DNA of 64,000 bases from Terriglobia bacterium. Lineage in GTDB: Bacteria; Acidobacteriota; Terriglobia; 2-12-FULL-54-10. Where the stretch lies: the NCBI GenBank assembly GCA_965198025.1, contig OZ240237.1, forward strand, positions 473,038 to 537,037. The letters are read 5' to 3'. Shown in pieces: positions 58,997 to 64,000 of this stretch (within the stretch, counting starts at the first letter, position 1; every line of letters begins with the position of its first letter). A program made the translations under genes and the position numbers. A model generated the notes under the pieces. It searched no databases, was not told where the DNA came from, and worked only from the letters and a program-made list of their open reading frames with translations.

Positions 58997-60054
58997 ATGC
59001 CTGCAAAGAAAGAGTTAATGGGTTTATTGATGCGAGAGATGGAGCGCCTTCTGGTAGCCCTAGGAGAGCCATCCTACCGGGGAAGGCAGCTTTTTCAAGC
59101 TGTATACGGTCAGCGGCGGTGGGACTTTCGGAGCGTTACGTCGTTTCCCGCGGCGCTGCGGACGGCACTCACCAGCGAGTTCCAAATTACACTTCCCGAG
59201 ATTGAGGAACAATTCAAGAGTCACGACAGCACACGGCGGTACCTGTTTCGGCTCGCAGACGGGCGCGAGGTCGAGTCCGTACGCATGCCGGAACCGGGAC
59301 GAAGCACAATTTGTGTCTCAACACAGGTGGGCTGTCCCGTGGATTGCAAATTCTGTCTCACGGGAGTAATGGGTTTCACGCGCAATCTGTCCGCGGGCGA
59401 GATCGTAGGGCAAGTGCTTCGAGTGATGGAAGAAGCCGGCGCGGCGAACGGGCAGCGCTGGAATCTGGTGTTCATGGGAATGGGAGAACCGCTATTCAAT
59501 TTCTCGGAAGTCATGGCTGCGGTGCGCATTCTAACGGATGCGGATGGAGTCGGTTCCCCTGGACGCGGCTGACGCTATCGACTGCCGGGGTCGTGCCGGG
59601 GATTGAGCGGCTGGGGCGAGAGGCGGTGCGTCCTAAGCTGGCGGTTTCATTGAACGCCGCTACCGACGAACTGCGGACGCGCATCATGCCGATCAACCGC
59701 AAGTGGCCGCTCCAAGACCTGCTCCGTGCATGCCGCGAGTTCCCGTTGCGGCCCCGCGAGAAACTGACATTCGAGTACGTATTGCTCGAAGGAGTGAATG
59801 ACAGTGTTGCCGACGCCCGGCAAGTGGCCCAGGCAATCCAAGGTATCCGGGCGAAAGTGAATCTGATTGGATTCAATCCCGGACCGGAACTGCCGTTCCG
59901 GACGACCTGCGACGAGGCTGTGCTGCGATTTCAGCAGACGCTGATTCGGAAAGGCGTCCCGGCCTTTATCCGCAAACCGCGCGGTCGGGACATCTTTGCC
60001 GCGTGCGGGCAATTGAAGTTGATGGAGGCCGCGGGCGCCTCCACACAAGCCTGA
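58997..60054 (+). CDS. rlmN: 23S rRNA/tRNA (adenine-C2)-methyltransferase RlmN (radical SAM), with apparent 1-nt frameshift at approx. 59565-59572
   Basis: [11 protein letters not shown] radical-SAM cysteine motif. ORF 58997..59572 ends ...[11 protein letters not shown]. The continuation (R)[16 protein letters not shown]... is in the frame of ORF 59311..60054. Inserting one base in ggacgc^ggctgacg restores [13 protein letters not shown] (compare E. coli ...KRRVTLSTSGVVP). Confidence 0.8.
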
Positions 60055-60101
60055 ACGCACCCCGTGTTACTACTGCTTCCATGAAGTCTGTCATTCATAA
60101 G

Positions 60102-60227
60102 ATGACCTACGACGAGTACTGCCTGCTGCCGGAAGATCGCAACCAGTACGGGCTGTTCGACCGAGAGCGATCGAGCTCTACTGCCAGGGGAAGGGAGGGC
60201 TGGAGCTCTCCGTCGTTTCTCCTCTGA
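60102..60227 (+). pseudogene. remnant of an Uma2-family (DUF820) endonuclease gene (N-terminal about 25 aa only)
   Basis: MTYDEYCLLPEDRNQYGLFD matches the conserved Uma2 N-terminus (M.T.EEYL.LPE....YELIDG), then degenerates into SSSTARGREGWSSPSFLL*. Confidence 0.3.
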
Positions 60228-60312
60228 TGAAAGTTTCGAGAGCCGCCTGCTTGCCGGGTTTCGAATGCCTGTGAACAGCATTTTCTAGGGCCGGACGGGC
60301 TCGCTCAGCAAG

Positions 60313-61215
60313 TCAAGCTTTCTTCCTGATTCCAACCACCGCCATCATGCGTCCTGTGTAGCCGTTGTCACGGCGGTGAGAGAAGAACAGCTCCGGGTGG
60401 CAGCTCGTGCAGGGAGCCTCGGAAGCGATCTGGCTTTCCGGGACACCGGCGTCGCGCAGTTGCCGTACGTTGGCGAGCGTAAGGTCGAGGAAGGTTTCCT
60501 TCTTCATGCGGGGGCCCGGACCGAAACGGAAGGGCTGGATCATGACGGAATGCTTGGTTTCCAGCGGAGTGAGCGGACGAGAGTGGGTTCGGAACAGGCT
60601 GTCGGCGTACGGAAACTGGCCTGCGAATTCGTCCAGGACTTCCGCACCTACCACGTAGCAACAGGAACGAATCCCCGGCCCGATGGCGATCCGAAGATCG
60701 GCCGGCTGCGAGCCAAACATCAGCTGCATGCGCCCGACCGCCTTCTGCGCCAGTCGCCGTACCGTGCCGCGCCATCCGCAATGAAGCGCCGTTACGACCC
60801 GCTGCCTGGCGTCCACGACGAGGATCGGTAGACAGTCTGCGGAAAGGATTCCGAGCAGGAGACCGGGCTGGCGCGTGATCAGCCCGTCGCCCTTGGGCAA
60901 GGACGCTGGACGATGCGTGTGGTCGACCGTTCGGATCAGATCGGAGTGGACCTGCCGATGGAGGACTAGCTGCATGCCTTTCGCGTGAAGAAGAGCCAGC
61001 CAGCAGCGGCGGTTTTCCGAGATCCTCTGGGCGGTATCCCACGCAGCATTGCCTAGATTCAGATCTCCGGCGCGTCCGGCAGCGCGAGACGGAACGAACA
61101 AACTGTCCCCTCCCAACCGGGTGCTGAACCCATGCACTAGCCAGGGAAATCGGGCCAGCAAGGGAACTCGGAGAATCATGTTGTCCGGATTCGGCTTTGT
61201 GAGGCGGCGGGGCAT
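60313..61215 (-). CDS. pgeF: YfiH/PgeF-family (DUF152, LACC1-like) purine nucleoside-processing / peptidoglycan-editing enzyme
   Basis: Conserved His/Cys residues in ...GILSADCLPILVVD...ALHCGWRG..., characteristic of the YfiH family. Confidence 0.75.
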   Translation of the reverse strand: MPRRLTKPNPDNMILRVPLLARFPWLVHGFSTRLGGDSLFVPSRAAGRAGDLNLGNAAWDTAQRISENRRCWLALLHAKGMQLVLHRQVHSDLIRTVDHTHRPASLPKGDGLITRQPGLLLGILSADCLPILVVDARQRVVTALHCGWRGTVRRLAQKAVGRMQLMFGSQPADLRIAIGPGIRSCCYVVGAEVLDEFAGQFPYADSLFRTHSRPLTPLETKHSVMIQPFRFGPGPRMKKETFLDLTLANVRQLRDAGVPESQIASEAPCTSCHPELFFSHRRDNGYTGRMMAVVGIRKKA

Positions 61216-61221
61216 TAAGGT

Positions 61222-61680
61222 TTGACGGGGCTATACTTGCGACTCGCTTTGGGTCAAAATGACTTCGTCATGATCGTCGGAATGGGCGTGGACATGGCCG
61301 AGACGGGTCGCATGCAGGAGGTGATCGAGCGCCGCGGTGAGCGTTTCCTGCGACGGGTTTTTACGCCGGCCGAGATTGCCTACTGCAAACGCCATCGGAA
61401 TTGCTCGGAGCGCTTCGCAGCTCGCTTCGCCGCCAAAGAGGCGGCGATGAAGGCGCTCGGGACGGGCTGGCGACGGGGAATCTCCTGGCGCGACTTCGAA
61501 ATCTTAAACCAACCCGGCGGAAAACCCCGTTTGCAGCTTTCTGGCAGAGCGCTCCAAGTCTATCGCAATCTGGGCGGTTCCCGAATCCTGATCTCGCTCA
61601 CCCACACCGGCTCTTACGCGCTGGCGCAAGTCGTCATCGAAGGCAATGTTGTCAAAGACGACTCCGGGCTCGGCGCATGA
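61222..61680 (+). CDS. acpS: holo-[acyl-carrier-protein] synthase
   Basis: GVDMAE...FTPAEIAYC...FAAKEAAMKALG... motifs of 4'-phosphopantetheinyl transferase AcpS. The true start is probably the internal MIVGMG. Confidence 0.8.
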   Translation: MTGLYLRLALGQNDFVMIVGMGVDMAETGRMQEVIERRGERFLRRVFTPAEIAYCKRHRNCSERFAARFAAKEAAMKALGTGWRRGISWRDFEILNQPGGKPRLQLSGRALQVYRNLGGSRILISLTHTGSYALAQVVIEGNVVKDDSGLGA

Positions 61681-63110
61681 GAGGATGGCTCGGTCGACAG
61701 ATTTCCCACTAAAAATCCATCGGCAAGAGAAACAATCCGGACGGCAACGATCCGGTTGGAAGGCAAGTGAACGCCGTGGAGCAAAACCCTCAGGTAATTG
61801 TCACTCAGGGCGGTTGTTCCTTCCCGGGAAGTCTCTTCCAGGGTCAAGACACATAACGTTCGTCCAATCTGCCGTTCTTGGAAATGGCGATTCTTTTCTG
61901 CAGCCAGCTCTCGCAAGATGCGACCTCGTTCGCGGACTGCTGTTCCGGCGACCTGAGAGGGCATCGTGTCGGCCGGGGTTCCTGGCCGCCGCGAGAACGG
62001 AAAGACGTGCAGGTAGGTGAACGGGAGCGAGTCAATGAGGCTCCGAGTCAGGTCGAAATCCTCTTCGGTTTCCCCCGGAAAACCAACCATTACGTCGGCC
62101 CCAAACGCAGCGTTCGGCATTCTGCGGTAGGCAGCCAGGATGCGGTCGCGGTAATGGCGCGTCTGATACTTGCGGTGCATCCGCCGAAGGATGCGGTCGG
62201 AACCGCTCTGGAGCGGTGCGTGAACGTGCTGGGCGATCCGGGGCGAGCCAGCCATCAGGTCCAGCAACTCGTCGGTGAAGTCCATCGGTTCGACCGAGCT
62301 GAGGCGAAGGCGTTCCAGCGGCGTTTCATCCAGAATCATTCGGACCAGCCGGGCGAAGCGGATTCGCTCGGGGAAGTCGCGGCCATAACGTCCAAGATTG
62401 ATTCCCGAAAGGACTACCTCACGATAGCCAGCGGCACAGAGAGCGCGAATCTGGCGGAGGACTTCATCAGGCGGCAAGCTGCGGCTTCCGCCGCGCACGG
62501 AAGGAATAATGCAAAACGAGCACCGGTTGTTACAGCCGTCCTGGACCTTGAGGTTCGGGCGAGTGCGGTCCCCTGGGCTTGTACGGACGACTGGAGCGGA
62601 GGTGAATTCCCGCTGCGTGGACACATCCCCAACCATAATTTCCGGCCCAACGAACGGCGGCTCGGGGTGCGGCAAGAGCGCGGATAGGCTATGGAACGCA
62701 ACGTCCTGGAATGGCTGTTGGGTGGCCAAGAGCCGCTCCAACGGGAGCCAATGAGAAGAGCCGGAGACACTGGCATGTGCTGAGACCAGGCGACCGATCT
62801 CGTGCTTGCGCGTATTGCCGACGATCCATCGGACACCCGGCAAAGAGGACAGATCCTGCGGTCTGCGCTGCGCGTAGCAGCCGGTGACGAGGATTCTCGC
62901 GTGCTGATTTCGCCGGTGGATGCGGCGAATGGTTTGCCGCAATTCGGAGTCCGCTGCCGCCGTCACGGTGCAGCTATTGAGTACGACAACATCAGCCTGC
63001 CGATAGTCATCGACCGTTCGAAATCCTTTTTGGAGGAGTTCTTCTGTGATGGCCGCCGAGTCAGCCTGATTGGCACGGCACCCGAAATGGACTGTGTGCA
63101 ACCGGAGCAT
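61614..63110 (-). CDS. radical-SAM methylthiotransferase of the MiaB/RimO/MtaB family (MtaB-like)
   Basis: N-terminal MTTase domain (FGCRANQADS...LNSCTVT). Radical SAM CNNRCSFCIIP. C-terminal TRAM-like region. Confidence 0.8.
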   Translation of the reverse strand: MLRLHTVHFGCRANQADSAAITEELLQKGFRTVDDYRQADVVVLNSCTVTAAADSELRQTIRRIHRRNQHARILVTGCYAQRRPQDLSSLPGVRWIVGNTRKHEIGRLVSAHASVSGSSHWLPLERLLATQQPFQDVAFHSLSALLPHPEPPFVGPEIMVGDVSTQREFTSAPVVRTSPGDRTRPNLKVQDGCNNRCSFCIIPSVRGGSRSLPPDEVLRQIRALCAAGYREVVLSGINLGRYGRDFPERIRFARLVRMILDETPLERLRLSSVEPMDFTDELLDLMAGSPRIAQHVHAPLQSGSDRILRRMHRKYQTRHYRDRILAAYRRMPNAAFGADVMVGFPGETEEDFDLTRSLIDSLPFTYLHVFPFSRRPGTPADTMPSQVAGTAVRERGRILRELAAEKNRHFQERQIGRTLCVLTLEETSREGTTALSDNYLRVLLHGVHLPSNRIVAVRIVSLADGFLVGNLSTEPSSHAPSPESSLTTLPSMTTCASA

Positions 63111-63224
63111 GTTTCTATTCTAGTCAAAGCGCCAGGGAGCAGGAACCCAATGGGCAGGGCACACCTACTCCTTGGCTTCTGCTCCTGGCCGAGGGATTTG
63201 CACTGGTCAGAGAACGAAGAGACG

Positions 63225-63422
63225 TCAATCGTTATCACGCCGCATCTTCTTCCGGCTCCTTTTGCGGGCCAGAGCCTGCTTCACGCGGCGTTTTTCTCCT
63301 GGTTTCAGATAGTAGGAATGTTTCTTAACTTCCTTGATGATATCTTCCTGCTGGACTTTGCGTTTGAAACGGCGCAGGGCGTTTTCCAGGGACTCGTTTT
63401 CCTGGAGTCGTACTTCCGCCAA
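63225..63422 (-). CDS. rpsU: 30S ribosomal protein S21
   Basis: MAEVRLQENESLENALRRFKRKVQQEDIIKEVKKHSYYLKPGEKRRVKQALARKRSRKKMRRDND, the canonical bS21. Confidence 0.9.
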   Translation of the reverse strand: MAEVRLQENESLENALRRFKRKVQQEDIIKEVKKHSYYLKPGEKRRVKQALARKRSRKKMRRDND

Positions 63423-63442
63423 TCAAGACACCTCCTCGCTGT

Positions 63443-63472
63443 TTGGACTTTCTCGTGAGCTACAGTTATAAT
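63443..63472 (+). promoter_or_regulatory. sigma70-type promoter candidate for glgC (TTGGAC-18nt-TATAAT)
   Basis: Read directly. Lies in the divergent rpsU/glgC intergenic region. Confidence 0.3.
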
Positions 63473-63622
63473 AGAGAGCTAGTAGAGAAAGTCAAGACGA
63501 ATCTCTGTGCGGCACTTGCTTCCGAAATCAGGCAAGGCCGTCCGTCAAGGATGGGGGTTGAGTTGTACCGGCTCCCGCATCAGGCTCGTCGGATTCCCGC
63601 AGAGAGTGCTTAGTGAAGCTCT

Positions 63623-64000
63623 ATGAAGAATGTCTTGTGCGTCTTGCTGGCTGGTGGAGCCGGCGAACGGCTCTATCCGCTAACTCGCGACCGAGCCAAG
63701 CCGGCGGTGCCGTTCGGAGGCGTCTACAGGATCGTGGACGTTACGCTCAGCAACTGCGTCAATTCCGGGCTGCGGCGAATCTTCATCCTGACGCAATATA
63801 AATCCCTTTCCCTCAACCGCCACATCCGTTTCGGCTGGAATATTTTTACGCCGGAACTCGGAGAGTTCATGGAGATCCTCCCGCCGATGCAACGTGTCGG
63901 GGAGCATTGGTACCTGGGAACCGCGGATGCGGTGTACCAAAACATCTACAGCATCCTGGCGGAGAACCCTGAATACGTGTTGATCCTGGCGGCGGATCAC
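63623..64000 (+). CDS. glgC: glucose-1-phosphate adenylyltransferase, 5' partial (runs off window end)
   Basis: Manual translation [68 protein letters not shown]..., the canonical GlgC N-terminus. Not in the ORF track because there is no stop inside the window. Confidence 0.85.
   Translation, partial: MKNVLCVLLAGGAGERLYPLTRDRAKPAVPFGGVYRIVDVTLSNCVNSGLRRIFILTQYKSLSLNRHIRFGWNIFTPELGEFMEILPPMQRVGEHWYLGTADAVYQNIYSILAENPEYVLILAADH

Noticed and set aside
60240-60270. tRNA-like T-arm motif (gggtttcgaatgcc)
   Set aside because: Only a partial resemblance to GGTTCGAATCC. No acceptor, D or anticodon stems could be assembled around it.

Overview
High-GC (roughly 60-65%) bacterial chromosomal segment, densely coding on both strands and mostly housekeeping. 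Taxonomy cannot be verified from sequence alone. Gene content and styles (TPR-fused GT-C proteins, a fused LptC/A-like protein, an acidic S1 extension) are compatible with an Acidobacteria-like organism, but that is only a guess. Recognisable genes include rpsA and an IHF/HU-family gene, lptB and rpoN, cmk, mutL, aspS and hisS, tldD/pmbA, ahcY and metK, the gcvT-gcvH-gcvPA-gcvPB operon, nadE, ctpA-like, efp, pepP-like, purB, rlmN, acpS, rpsU and the start of glgC. Accessory-looking parts, in order: (1) a five-gene minus-strand operon at 256-5874, encoding a Dpm1-like GT2, a SAM methyltransferase, two tandem PMT/TMTC-like GT-C membrane proteins with C-terminal TPR repeats and a small TPR protein, which is a candidate protein O-mannosylation module. 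(2) A SelW/Rdx-family selenoprotein gene with an in-frame UGA (6849-7085) that the six-frame ORF track missed. It sits beside a CusF-like gene, a DsbA-like gene and a MauE/DoxX gene. (3) A roughly 225-bp unit tandemly repeated 2.1 times in the metK/gcvT divergent intergenic region, rich in hairpins. (4) A very large secreted lysyl-endopeptidase-like S1 protease with three PPC domains and a CARDB domain, whose N-terminal region is interrupted by a frameshift and two in-frame TAA codons. Several housekeeping genes carry apparent indels or frameshifts: hisS has a 28-bp tandem duplication, and gcvPA and rlmN each have a 1-nt frameshift. These may be sequence errors or genuine pseudogenisation. Many ORFs on the track lie antisense to or inside obvious genes and are typical high-GC artefacts, so they were not called.
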